Shown piece by piece: positions 48,345 through 58,059 of a stretch of DNA of 64,000 nucleotides. Within the stretch, counting starts at the first letter, position 1; the number at the start of each line of letters is the position of its first letter. The notes under the pieces are model-generated. The model did not search any database and was not told the origin of the DNA. It was given only the letters and a program-made list of their open reading frames with translations. The translations under genes and the position numbers were made by a program. This DNA is from Bdellovibrionales bacterium. Lineage in GTDB: Bacteria > Bdellovibrionota > Bdellovibrionia > Bdellovibrionales > JAGQZY01. The stretch is from contig JANPLN010000009.1 of assembly GCA_031426555.1 (NCBI GenBank), positions 1 through 64,000 of the forward strand. Direction: 5' to 3'.

Positions 48345-49050
48345 TTATCAGAAGCACTTTCAAAAAATAAAAAAACAAAAAAAAATGAGTCTTGGCTACC
48401 AATCTGGAAAGATAAAAAAGGAAAGTCCGTATCTCCAATTTTTGGGTCTCGTGGCTCTTCTGGCGTTTTGTCTGACGTTGTACGGGATCTTGTATCCGGA
48501 GAATGTGGAAAAAATGTCGCAAGTTCGTCTGAGCCTTTTCTCGAAAAGTCTTGCCTCTGACGCGGAAGAAAAGTCCCCATCCAAAGAGGTAGCTGTGGAA
48601 AAATCTGCCCCTTCAGAAGCTGACAAGGTAGCAGCGGAAAACAAAAAGTCGAAGGCTGCAGTTGAAAAGAACGCCAGTCATGTTGAACAGTTACTTGAAA
48701 AAGAAAAAGAATTAGTTGAGCGCGAGAAGAGAGTTAAAGAAATGGAAGAGAAATTGCAACAGGTACAAGTAGAGATGGAAAGTCGGATGGCGCAACTCGA
48801 CCAAACACGTCGAGACATAGCGAGTCGGCTTGAATCGCGAGTGGTTGAAGAAGAAGAGAACATCGACAAGTTGGTAGGAGTTTACTCGAATATGAAACCA
48901 CAGAGCGCAGCGATGGTACTTTCGAAACTTGATGAAGAGTTGGCCATCGCCATTTTGAAGAAAATGAAGAAACAAGATGCTGGGAGTATATTAAATTTTA
49001 TAGATACGCAGAAAGCAAAAGTACTCTCCGAAAAATATTCAGGTTACTAA
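48337..49050 (+). CDS. MotE/FlbB-like protein (TM, coiled coil, MgtE_N-like)
   Basis: TM, coiled coil, KLVGVYSNMKPQSAA..ILKKMK motif. Typical position after fliJ. Confidence 0.8.
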   Translation: MNNYQKHFQKIKKQKKMSLGYQSGKIKKESPYLQFLGLVALLAFCLTLYGILYPENVEKMSQVRLSLFSKSLASDAEEKSPSKEVAVEKSAPSEADKVAAENKKSKAAVEKNASHVEQLLEKEKELVEREKRVKEMEEKLQQVQVEMESRMAQLDQTRRDIASRLESRVVEEEENIDKLVGVYSNMKPQSAAMVLSKLDEELAIAILKKMKKQDAGSILNFIDTQKAKVLSEKYSGY

Positions 49051-49066
49051 GGAAAAGGGGCGATAA

Positions 49067-50320
49067 ATGGTTTCAAATTCAATTTCACCATTAGAGATAA
49101 AGTCTTTAGATAGTAAAAAAGCGCCCAAAAAATCTAAAAACGACGACAACTCTTTTAAAAACGAAATGCTGGAAAATGAAAAGCGCATGAAAAAGAAATC
49201 CGTCGATGGCCGTGAGTCAACAGGTCAGAGTCACGCGGCACGATCACAAAAGTCAACTTCGACCAAGCAAGAACCGCCGAAGCAAACCAGTCGCACAGAA
49301 AAATTTGCGGCTGGAGCAACAGAAAAGCAAGCCAATCAGATAGACAAGCAACAAGCCGGGGCATCGGCCGCGGGAAACACGGGCGAAAGTAAAGTAACAG
49401 CCGAGCTGCCAGCACAGGCAAAAGCGATTTCGACTGACACAGTGGCAAAAGCCGAATTCACTCAGGAAATGATGGCGGAGTTGCAAACGGCAGGAATCGA
49501 CATGGCGTCTCTTCAGAAGAAAGACGGAAAGCTGAGCATTGAGGGGATGCAGCTTGTTCAACCACAGATGTTGCAAACTTCAGCAACGTCCGCGGTAGAG
49601 CCCAGCGCCGAGATCGCCTCTGCTGTTGAAACAATTTTAGCGGCGGCACCGCCGGCTGTTGAACAAAAGTCGTCTGATCTCTTATCGCAAGATTTTAATC
49701 AAGACTTTAGCGGTTTTAATAGCGGAAGTGAATTTTCTGCAGTCCAAAATACGATGGTGAAAGAAAATGCTCCCAATCAACAGGCTTTTGCCGCCGTGTT
49801 AGATTCTAAAGTGCAAAACCCTGAGCAAGTCAGAGAAAACAATATAGAGAACATGATCACGCAAGCCCGCGCTATTTTAAAAGATGGCGGCGGCGAAATG
49901 ACATTGAAACTAAGTCCTGAAGGAATGGGCACAGTGGATTTAAAAGTCGTCACTGAAAATGGTCAAGTGTCGGTGGAGATTATCACTCAAGACCAAACGG
50001 TGAAGAAGATGTTTGAAGACAGTGTCTTTGATATTCGCGGAGCTCTGGAGAGCCAAAACCTAAAAATTGATACATTCAAAGTGGGTGTTTCGGAAAACTT
50101 TGATCAAACGATGGGCCAGCAAAACGGAGCGCAACAACAATTTGAAGAACGCGAATTTGCCCGAGACTTTATGGGGCAATTTAGAAATGAGAGACAGGGA
50201 TTTCGTCAGCAAGGAATTGACAGCGTCCTCAACGGAAGAACGCCCGCAAATGCGAGACCTGAGGGGCTTTCACCAGCGTCATCGAAACATATCAACGGTC
50301 GACTTAACATTATTGCTTAG
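49067..50320 (+). CDS. fliK: Flagellar hook-length control protein FliK
   Basis: Low-complexity N-terminus and C-terminal LKLSPEGMGTVDL domain. Precedes flgD. Confidence 0.9.
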   Translation: MVSNSISPLEIKSLDSKKAPKKSKNDDNSFKNEMLENEKRMKKKSVDGRESTGQSHAARSQKSTSTKQEPPKQTSRTEKFAAGATEKQANQIDKQQAGASAAGNTGESKVTAELPAQAKAISTDTVAKAEFTQEMMAELQTAGIDMASLQKKDGKLSIEGMQLVQPQMLQTSATSAVEPSAEIASAVETILAAAPPAVEQKSSDLLSQDFNQDFSGFNSGSEFSAVQNTMVKENAPNQQAFAAVLDSKVQNPEQVRENNIENMITQARAILKDGGGEMTLKLSPEGMGTVDLKVVTENGQVSVEIITQDQTVKKMFEDSVFDIRGALESQNLKIDTFKVGVSENFDQTMGQQNGAQQQFEEREFARDFMGQFRNERQGFRQQGIDSVLNGRTPANARPEGLSPASSKHINGRLNIIA

Positions 50321-50329
50321 AGGTAAACT

Positions 50330-51238
50330 ATGAAAGTGAATACGCCGACACAACAAATGATTGCCCCAACGGCCAAACAGACATCTGAGCCCGGGAAGGC
50401 ATCTAAAGAAAATATTGGCGACATCGGCAATCGCGTGGCTAGCACGGGTAAACCCGCATCCGGGCGGATGGTCGAAGGAAAAGGAAATCCTAAACTTGAT
50501 AAAGACGCATTTTTTAAACTGATGTTAACCCATCTTAAAAATCAAGATCCAACAAGCCCACTCAAGAGCCATGAAATGGCCGCTCAACTAGCGCAGTTTT
50601 CGTCGCTCGAACAGATGTCCAATATCAACGAAGTGTTAAAAGATATGAACAAAGGACAAACAAGTACGGGTCAGTTTCAGGCTTTGGATCTCATCGGTAA
50701 AACGGTGGGTGGCGACAGCTCTAAGATCGAACATAAAAATGGGGACACACGCCATTCGGTTTCTTTTAATCTCGCTGATAGCGCTGAAGAAGTTAAGGTT
50801 GCGATCAAAGATTCTGAAGGTAAAGTTGTTAAAAACTTTGATCTTAAAAACCAAGCAAAGGGAACAGTGAAGCTCGAGTGGGATGGAAAGAGCCTGGATG
50901 GGCGACCACAGCCAGCAGGAACTTATAAATTACAAGTTGAGGCAAAGACTTCGTCGGGCACTAAAGTGGCAACAGAGACTCAATTTAAAGGCCAAGTGAC
51001 AGGAATTCAGTTTGCAGAAACCGGTCCTATCGTATTTATCGGTAACAAATCTGTTCCACTAAAGGAAATTAAACAAATTCAGATGGAAGAAAGTAAAAAG
51101 TCTTTAAACCAAGCGGCGGGCGAGGCTGCAAAAGCAATGACCGAGGCTCCGGCAATGGCGGCGCTATCGGGACTACCAACAGACGGCGGCATGCCGTCGG
51201 CTTCGTTGGCTGCATTTTTAAATAGTAATAAAAAATAA
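50330..51238 (+). CDS. flgD: Flagellar hook capping protein FlgD
   Basis: FFKLMLTHLKNQDPTSP, QLAQFSSLEQ, WDGK. Confidence 0.95.
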   Translation: MKVNTPTQQMIAPTAKQTSEPGKASKENIGDIGNRVASTGKPASGRMVEGKGNPKLDKDAFFKLMLTHLKNQDPTSPLKSHEMAAQLAQFSSLEQMSNINEVLKDMNKGQTSTGQFQALDLIGKTVGGDSSKIEHKNGDTRHSVSFNLADSAEEVKVAIKDSEGKVVKNFDLKNQAKGTVKLEWDGKSLDGRPQPAGTYKLQVEAKTSSGTKVATETQFKGQVTGIQFAETGPIVFIGNKSVPLKEIKQIQMEESKKSLNQAAGEAAKAMTEAPAMAALSGLPTDGGMPSASLAAFLNSNKK

Positions 51239-51261
51239 AGTTTAAATAAGAGGGGGATTTC

Positions 51262-52551
51262 ATGGGGATTATTAGTTCAATGCATACAGCGGTGAGTGGT
51301 TTGACCAGTAATGGTCAGGCGTTGAGTGTCACTGCTGATAATATTGCGAATGCTTCGACGAATGGATTTAAAACCAGCCGTGCGGAGTTTCAAGATATGA
51401 TGAGTCGCAGTATTCAAGGGGCGCAGGGTGGTTTGCAAGTGGGACGAGGTTCTAAAGTAGGAGCCATTACACCGATTTTATCCCAGGGGAGCATTGATAA
51501 CACTGCTCGCGATACAGATCTTGCCATTAACGGTGATGGATTTTTCATTGTCGATGGACCAACCGGCCGTTCATTCACCCGCAACGGTGAATTCCACTTC
51601 GACAAAGATGGTTATTTGATCACATCAGATAACTATCGCTTGAAAGGCTTCGAATTCAATAACGAAGGCGAAGTGACTAATAAAATCGGCGATGTTCAAT
51701 TGCCCCGAGCCCTTGTTCCAGCACGAGCCACCAAGGTGGTGCGTCTTGATATGAACTTGGATTCGCGCATTCCAGCCAGCGAAAACAAAGAACTCAGCCT
51801 TGCAGATCCTTACAAAACAGCCGATTTCACAACGGGCGTTGAAGTGCATGATAGCCAGGGAACAAAACATTTGATCACTCTTGCTTTTAACAAAAAGGCG
51901 GACGGAGCCTGGGACTGGAAAGCTTTGGCCAAGTCTTCTGAAATCGCCGGTGCAGACCCTGCACAACCCTACGCACAGGTAGCGAGTGGACAGCTCACTT
52001 TTACACCAGATGGAAAATTGGATAGCGAAACCACAGCAGAGAAAAATTTTAACTTTGTGGGAGCCATTCCAAACCAAGATGTCGTATTAAACTTCGGTGA
52101 TGCTCTGCAAGCTGGTGGTTCGGGTCTTAAAGGGCTTCGACAGTTTGGTCACGTATCAGATTTGATGTCGTGGTCACAGGATGGCGCAGCCGCGGGAACA
52201 CTCACGGGTGTGAACTTTAGTGATGATGGAATATTAACAGCTCTCTACAGTAACGGCGAAGCCAGTGAGTTAGCACAGGTAGCCTTAGCGCGTTTCGAAA
52301 ATCCCGAAGCATTAGTTAAAGTTGGTAACAACAAAATGAAGGAATGTCGTGAAGCTGGCGGAGCGGCCATTGGATTCCCATCCAAGGGAGGTCGCGGTCA
52401 GATCGTGGCTGGAGCTCTCGAAAGATCCACAACGGATCTCGCTGGAGAATTTGTTGATATGATCAAAACGCAACGGAACTTCCAAGCGAACGCTAAAACC
52501 ATCACGACGTCTGATGAAATGCTAAGTGATGTGATCAACATTAAGAGATAA
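51262..52551 (+). CDS. flgE: Flagellar hook protein FlgE
   Basis: DNIANASTNGFK, DLAINGDGFF, TRNGEF, QRNFQANAKTITTSD. Confidence 0.95.
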   Translation: MGIISSMHTAVSGLTSNGQALSVTADNIANASTNGFKTSRAEFQDMMSRSIQGAQGGLQVGRGSKVGAITPILSQGSIDNTARDTDLAINGDGFFIVDGPTGRSFTRNGEFHFDKDGYLITSDNYRLKGFEFNNEGEVTNKIGDVQLPRALVPARATKVVRLDMNLDSRIPASENKELSLADPYKTADFTTGVEVHDSQGTKHLITLAFNKKADGAWDWKALAKSSEIAGADPAQPYAQVASGQLTFTPDGKLDSETTAEKNFNFVGAIPNQDVVLNFGDALQAGGSGLKGLRQFGHVSDLMSWSQDGAAAGTLTGVNFSDDGILTALYSNGEASELAQVALARFENPEALVKVGNNKMKECREAGGAAIGFPSKGGRGQIVAGALERSTTDLAGEFVDMIKTQRNFQANAKTITTSDEMLSDVINIKR

Positions 52552-52598
52552 TAACGGGAGCTGGCCTTATGTCAGCCTTCAGTAAATGATTCACAATG

Positions 52599-52624
52599 GG
52601 GAACTTTTCAGTTCCCTTTTTTTT
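52599..52624 (+). terminator. Intrinsic terminator of the flagellar operon
   Basis: gggaact-tttc-agttccc followed by T8. Confidence 0.8.
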
Positions 52625-52709
52625 ATTTTGGATTACCATTAATTTTTACCTCGGGAGAAGACCTTGATTATTTTAGTGATCGGTATTTTAGCGCCTTTGT
52701 TTTTTGTCA

Positions 52710-53135
52710 TGGCCTTCGAATTCTTTGCACCCAAGTAAGCGCCGATGTTTATTGGCCACGATGCTTCGGCTGTCGCCCTTTCATCGTGGTGCAGCGAACG
52801 GGGTGCTCTGACGTACGAGCTCATTCCTTAGCTAGGCTTTTTACTTCCGTAGCGGAAGTGGATCTAGAAATTTTCCCAAGTCAGCAGTTTCGTGGAAAAG
52901 TCATCCTGACGCAAAGGACTCTGTCCTTTGAAACCTGTTTCGGTTGATCGTCCTGATTAACCCGACACTGTTAAAGAAAAGTTTTCGACAATGTTCGTCA
53001 CTGCTTGACGCTATTTTTGGTCATTTAAAATATCTTTTGTGAGATCTTCGAAAGAAGGTCGTCAAGGCGTTTTAACCAATTGCACTTGTCTTCGGGGCAA
53101 AGCCCTTAACGTTGTTTAAATAACAATAAACATAG
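52710..53135 (+). ncRNA. Candidate large structured non-coding RNA (family not recognised)
   Basis: At least 8 helices, two multiloops, a possible pseudoknot and a GAAA tetraloop. G-U pairs are consistent with the + strand. No credible ORF. Confidence 0.5.
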
Positions 53136-53221
53136 TTGTTCTAATTGGGATTAATTTTTGAGTTCTTCTAAAAATAGATTTTTAAAAGGTGCCGTATATT
53201 GTTGGTTTAAGAGGAGAAAGC

Positions 53222-53714
53222 ATGTCTCGGCAAATGAACTTTTTTAAACCTATCGAAAAAGAATCTGGTGGAGTTTTATCAGTAAAAGGAAAACGTAAAA
53301 CGGCTCGAATATTAGATCGGCGTAAACCTCTCCACTTCGTTTTAAAAGCCAAAAAGAGTGTAAATCTTTATTCTCACTGAATTTTACTCAAAAAATTCCT
53401 CTTTCTTTATTCGAAACAGTTTGGAGTTAAGGTCTACACGGAAAGCGTTCAGAAAGATCACTTCCATTTTTGTATTAAGATCACCAACCGACAATTGTAC
53501 CGCGCATTTTTCCGAGCGCTCACTGGGGTGGTATCGCAAAAATTAGGAAAAGGACTCTGGATCTTGGCGCCCTATTCGAGAGTGGTTACATGGGGAAGAG
53601 ATTTTTTTAGGAGTTTTGGACTACATTCTTTTCAATGACTGTGAGGGCGGTGGAAGAATGCCTTATGCCATACATAAGAGGACCAAGAAGAAAACCACCT
53701 ATTTAAGTTTCTGA
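53222..53714 (+). pseudogene. Decayed Y1 HUH (IS200/RAYT-like) transposase
   Basis: RBS GAGGAG. In-frame TGA at 53378, after which the frame continues to HUH motif DHFHF and PYSRVVTWGRDF. A frameshift in the T7 run (~53602-53608) restores the DYILFN catalytic Tyr motif. Confidence 0.75.
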
Positions 53715-53925
53715 TCTGATCTAAAGACATCGGCTTGTTAGAGATTGGCACTTCTTTAATAGAGCGACGAGGTGTGCTTAGAAGAGATTATTTCGTATTA
53801 AGTTCGGAGTTCGCAAAAGCTGCTTAAGATTTAGGACGTAAGTCCCTAATTTTTATCATTACTTATGAAATAAGTTTTTCACGCTTATACTAGGAGTGTA
53901 TTAAAAAACAAGGGGTTAGTGTTTT

Positions 53926-54522
53926 ATGATAAACTTATTCAGTTTTCTGTTTTCTATTCTTAGCACTTTTGTCTCTGCAGAGACTACCACGACTCTGGAT
54001 ATTCAAGTTACGCCAAGTAGCGCCTCTACGGCTCAACAAACTTTTTCACCCTACTTGGGTTGCATAAACGCTTTTCACCCCGCCAACTTTCAAGGCCGAT
54101 TGCAGATACCAGTTACAAATAGTTCTCCTAATGACAGAACTCGGCCTGTGGTTCTCTTTGGAAATCACGGGGGTGAAAATGGTTTTTTCGTTATTGAAGC
54201 AGACCGTCCGACCTTTAATAAGGTGCCCATAACGTATAATTCAAATAATGAGCCCTATTATAAGTTTTCTTATGAATCGCCGACTGAGCCAGGGTTGAAT
54301 GAGTATGCTGTTTACGTCCAAAATGGGATTCCCGACTATGCTCGCCGTTGGGCGATGCTTAAAGATAATGATGTACACCATCCTCAGGTCGCAACACGAA
54401 TCGGTCAAACAGGAGTCCGACTTTCACAGCAAGAAGCGGAGAAAGTTCTGCAAGCCAACATTGTTCCTTTTATAAATAACCTCAACGTATTTGAGGCAAG
54501 CAACAAAGCAAATGCTAGTTAG
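53926..54522 (+). CDS. Secreted hypothetical protein, possibly truncated by an internal TAG
   Basis: Signal peptide. The same frame stays open past TAG 54520-54522 to 54969. Confidence 0.55.
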   Translation: MINLFSFLFSILSTFVSAETTTTLDIQVTPSSASTAQQTFSPYLGCINAFHPANFQGRLQIPVTNSSPNDRTRPVVLFGNHGGENGFFVIEADRPTFNKVPITYNSNNEPYYKFSYESPTEPGLNEYAVYVQNGIPDYARRWAMLKDNDVHHPQVATRIGQTGVRLSQQEAEKVLQANIVPFINNLNVFEASNKANAS

Positions 54523-55117
54523 GATCTCGATGAAGAAACACAGCATGGTCTGTGTGAGTGTACGCATTCTGGCAATGATGCAATACAACGAGCTGCGATG
54601 GCTGAGATCTCTGAACTGAAATTAGATAATAACTGTGAGGCTCTGATATCCTCGAACATAAAAACGTGGATGAAAAATTTGAGCTGGATTGTTCCTCTTG
54701 CGTACGCGTTGCCACCTAACAAAGCTTCAAAAAATGAAGACTTAACTGGGATATTTTCGCGTAAACCCATAAAGCTGATTGTAAAAGGGAAAAACTTAAA
54801 AGTTTGCACGCTCGGTCAAAGTTATGTTGTAGAACCAAAAGATGGAGCGCTGATAAAGCGTAGTTCTGCTTGTTCTGCTAGTGAACTCAAAATGGGAAAT
54901 CGTCTAATAACAATCAATAAATTAACGATCAAAATTGAGGAAAACAGAATAAAGACATCCCGTCTTTAGTTATCTATTTCGCCACGAAAGAGTAAACGTA
55001 CCGACAGATATCGTGCTTTCCTAAGGCTCTAGTTATCGGAAAAAATCCAGAGAGCTCTACCAAAAACCCTCTATGAAAGAATAAGCCATTCTTTCGCAAC
55101 AAGACCACCGTCCAAAC

Positions 55118-55146
55118 AAAATCAAAGGCTGAGAAAGACTCAGCCT
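55118..55146 (-). terminator. Intrinsic terminator after the symporter
   Basis: aggctgag-tcttt-ctcagcct then a T-rich tract on the minus strand. Confidence 0.6.
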
Positions 55147-55157
55147 AGTACTTTTTT

Positions 55158-56594
55158 TTAAGCCCGCGCTTTTAATTTTGTAACATAATCATTCAGCGAG
55201 GCTTTGATCTCTTTGCGCATTAAAAACACGCCGATCAAATTGGGAAATCCCATTCCTAAAATCATCAAATCGCCAAACTCCATCACGTGGGTTGATTTGA
55301 CAATGGCTCCCGAAAAAAGTGTTACTAGTAAAATGATATGATAAACTCGTTTCCTCTTCGCTCCGAATAAATAAACGAAAGCGCGCTCTCCATAATATCC
55401 CCACGAAATCATCGTGGCATAGGCAAACATAAAAATAACTGCACAGAGCAGGTAAATAAAGCTCACGTGATAGCTGCCATAAGCCTTCAGAGTTAAAGCA
55501 GACCCTTGGTTGCCATGAATCAGATCAATGTAATCAGGGTTGTTATAGGCGCCGGTAATCACCATTACCAGGGCGGTCATTGTGCAAATCACAACGGTGT
55601 CGATAAATGGTTCTAGTAGCGAAACCATACCCTCTTCCACGGGATGTTCTGTCTTGGCTGTGGAGTGGGCAATGGCCGCCGATCCCATACCGGCCTCATT
55701 GGAAAAAGCGGCTCTACGAACACATTGCACAAGAACGCCTAAAAAGCCCCCATACATGGCCTCGGGTGAGAAGGCACCGTGATAGATTTTAGAAAACGCC
55801 AAGGGGATAAGATCGTAATTCTGAAACAGAATCATCAAGCTCATGACGATATAAAGCGAACACATAAAGGGAACGATTTTTTCCGAAACATGGGCAATGC
55901 GTTGAATGCCGCCAACAAGAACTAAGCCCACGGCAACCACAATAAAAAGACCATAGGCCCAGTTATAGTCTTTGAGCCATGGCATCACTTCCACCATCGC
56001 GTTCATGGACTGATTCACCTGAAAGGATCCACCACCACCAATGGCACCACCAATACAAAGAATGGTGAATACAACAGATAAAAATTTACCTAATTTAGGT
56101 TTGTTGAGTCGACTTAGGCCTTCTTGCAAATACACCATGGGACCACCGACGATGGCGCCTTTTTCATCTGTCCGGCGATAGATCTGTGCCAGTGTGCATT
56201 CGGCAAACTTCGAGCTCATGCCAAATAGACCACAAAGAATCATCCAGAATGTAGCTCCAGGCCCGCCTAAAGAAATTGCGATGGCAACCCCAGCGATATT
56301 ACCCAGACCGATGGTGGCCGAAAGAGCGGTGCTCAATGCCTGAAAGTGGGAGACTTCGCCTTGGGCCTTTTTAGAATCATAAAAACCAAAGGTCACTTTG
56401 ATGGCATGGCCAAAGTAGCGAAAATTAATAAAACGAAAATAAACTGTTAAGTAAACAGCCGCGACGAAAAACCAAACGACGGTGAGGGGAAGGTAGGCGC
56501 CTTCTATAAAAAACAAGGTGTTGAAGAAAAACACATTGGCGACGACAGTGTTTATGGTTTCAAAAAGTGAATTGATTGTAGCTTCAAAGTTCAT
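55158..56594 (-). CDS. Alanine/glycine:cation symporter (AGCS family)
   Basis: FQALSTALSATIGLGNIAGVA, GGPGATFWM, GGPMVY, FSNEAGMGSA, EPFIDT. Confidence 0.93.
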   Translation of the reverse strand: MNFEATINSLFETINTVVANVFFFNTLFFIEGAYLPLTVVWFFVAAVYLTVYFRFINFRYFGHAIKVTFGFYDSKKAQGEVSHFQALSTALSATIGLGNIAGVAIAISLGGPGATFWMILCGLFGMSSKFAECTLAQIYRRTDEKGAIVGGPMVYLQEGLSRLNKPKLGKFLSVVFTILCIGGAIGGGGSFQVNQSMNAMVEVMPWLKDYNWAYGLFIVVAVGLVLVGGIQRIAHVSEKIVPFMCSLYIVMSLMILFQNYDLIPLAFSKIYHGAFSPEAMYGGFLGVLVQCVRRAAFSNEAGMGSAAIAHSTAKTEHPVEEGMVSLLEPFIDTVVICTMTALVMVITGAYNNPDYIDLIHGNQGSALTLKAYGSYHVSFIYLLCAVIFMFAYATMISWGYYGERAFVYLFGAKRKRVYHIILLVTLFSGAIVKSTHVMEFGDLMILGMGFPNLIGVFLMRKEIKASLNDYVTKLKARA

Positions 56595-56655
56595 TGGTTC
56601 CTCGTTAAGTATAATTGCTTACACTCTATGTGACCGAGGACCTGATTTCAAAATA

Positions 56656-56680
56656 AAAAAGCCAGCGGGTGCTGGCTTTT
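56656..56680. terminator. Bidirectional-type terminator after hup
   Basis: aaaaagccagc-gggt-gctggctttt. Confidence 0.7.
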
Positions 56681-56723
56681 CTGTAAATAATTCGTCGAAT
56701 AATTCGCCCAATAAAAGCTAAAA

Positions 56724-56996
56724 TTATTTTACAAGTGATTTGAACTCTTGGCCCGGACGGAATTTTGGGTACCAAGCAGCAGGGATCTTAATTTCGGCGC
56801 CAGTTTGTGGATTGCGGCCTTTGCGAGCTTTTCTTTTCGCTTTTGTGAAAGTTCCAAAGCCAACGAGTTTTACTTCATCGCCTTTTTTTACTGTTTTGCG
56901 GATGATTTCAAGTGTTGCATCTAAGAGACGCTCTGCTTGAGCTTTTGTGCACTCAGATTCAGTGGCAACTTTTTCGATCAGTTCTGCTTTATTCAT
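56724..56996 (-). CDS. hup: HU family DNA-binding protein
   Basis: MNKAELI, LVGFGTF, ARKGRNPQTG, PKFRPG. Confidence 0.95.
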   Translation of the reverse strand: MNKAELIEKVATESECTKAQAERLLDATLEIIRKTVKKGDEVKLVGFGTFTKAKRKARKGRNPQTGAEIKIPAAWYPKFRPGQEFKSLVK

Positions 56997-57197
56997 AAAG
57001 ACTCCTTTTTGTTGATACGACGTCGATCATGACGTTTAAGGATTAGATTCAAGCGCCACTCATAAAATGGGTCAAGGTAAATTCTAATTTTTTATTCGTA
57101 ATCAAAAAGTGGTGATTATTTTATGTGCAAAAAGACCCTACTTATCAGTAGGGCCCAAACACAAGGGGGGTTGGTTTGTATTGATCTTTTGGGGCGA

Positions 57198-57812
57198 TTA
57201 TCTAATGGTAACGTTACCGAAACGGCTGGAATAGCGTCGGTTCGAATTATCATACCATATGTAGTACACATCAAAGTTGTCTTCGCGCACATTTCCAGAG
57301 TTATCCATCGTTGTTAAAAGTGCTAATGCACCTGCTTCGATAAGAAAGCGTCCATCGGTATATCTTGTCAGAACACCCTCAAACGGAATCTCGTAAGCAT
57401 TCGACTGTGGGTTTGCAACCCAAAGGCCTTCCACTCGGTTGTTCTGTTTAAAAATGAGTTCAACAAGGGCTGGTGCACTGGCTAAGTTCGACATTGAACT
57501 GTTTCCAGAATTACAATCAACGATCTGTCCACCACCAAAAACCCACCGGAGCACATCGAGGTTACAACTTACGTTGTAGTTGTACTGTTGATTGTATTGA
57601 TAACCGAACGCCGTGTTTAAAAAGTTTTGATAGGTCGTTCTGTTATTGATAGTGACCGGTCCACTCCAGATTTCTCCGTCTTGTCCGCCACCTTGATAGT
57701 AGTCATCGTCGTCATCAGTCACACGCGGCGGTGCTGCAGATGAGCTGTCTTTTTTGCTACAAGCAGTTACGCTGAGCCCTAAGGCTATGAGTATCAGTAA
57801 AAAGTATTTCAT
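57198..57812 (-). CDS. Hypothetical lipoprotein
   Basis: Lipobox VTAC. RBS AAGGGG. Confidence 0.75.
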   Translation of the reverse strand: MKYFLLILIALGLSVTACSKKDSSSAAPPRVTDDDDDYYQGGGQDGEIWSGPVTINNRTTYQNFLNTAFGYQYNQQYNYNVSCNLDVLRWVFGGGQIVDCNSGNSSMSNLASAPALVELIFKQNNRVEGLWVANPQSNAYEIPFEGVLTRYTDGRFLIEAGALALLTTMDNSGNVREDNFDVYYIWYDNSNRRYSSRFGNVTIR

Positions 57813-58059
57813 GGTTTCCCCCTTAAAAATTTCAATCTCCTACAGGTATGTACTTCATGATTCATGCCAACCGGGTGTGAAATAAAAACCCTGTATGCCA
57901 GCCCTGTAATGCAATTTAATGCACTCTCAGAGGGGAATTTGCGCGATTCAATCGGGGGAAGCCCAGAGAAATAAGGGAGTTGCCTCGACAACTGTCAAAA
58001 GAAAAGACAGGAGCCCTTTTGTGTCTTTTTAAAACGATTCTACAGGCAGATTTTTGAGC

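Noticed and set aside
52905..52930. GACGCAAAG resembling a c-di-GMP-I riboswitch core
   Set aside because: The upstream GGCAAAC..GAAA hairpin and the rest of the consensus are not visible.
52710..53135. tmRNA, RNase P RNA, or a group I/II intron (IStron)
   Set aside because: No tRNA-like ends, no GAGGAAAGUCC, no group I P/Q/R/S motifs and no group II domain V were recognised.
57853..57870. sigma54-like TGGCATgaatcATGA upstream of the 57812 lipoprotein
   Set aside because: The -12 element is GA rather than GC, too weak to call.
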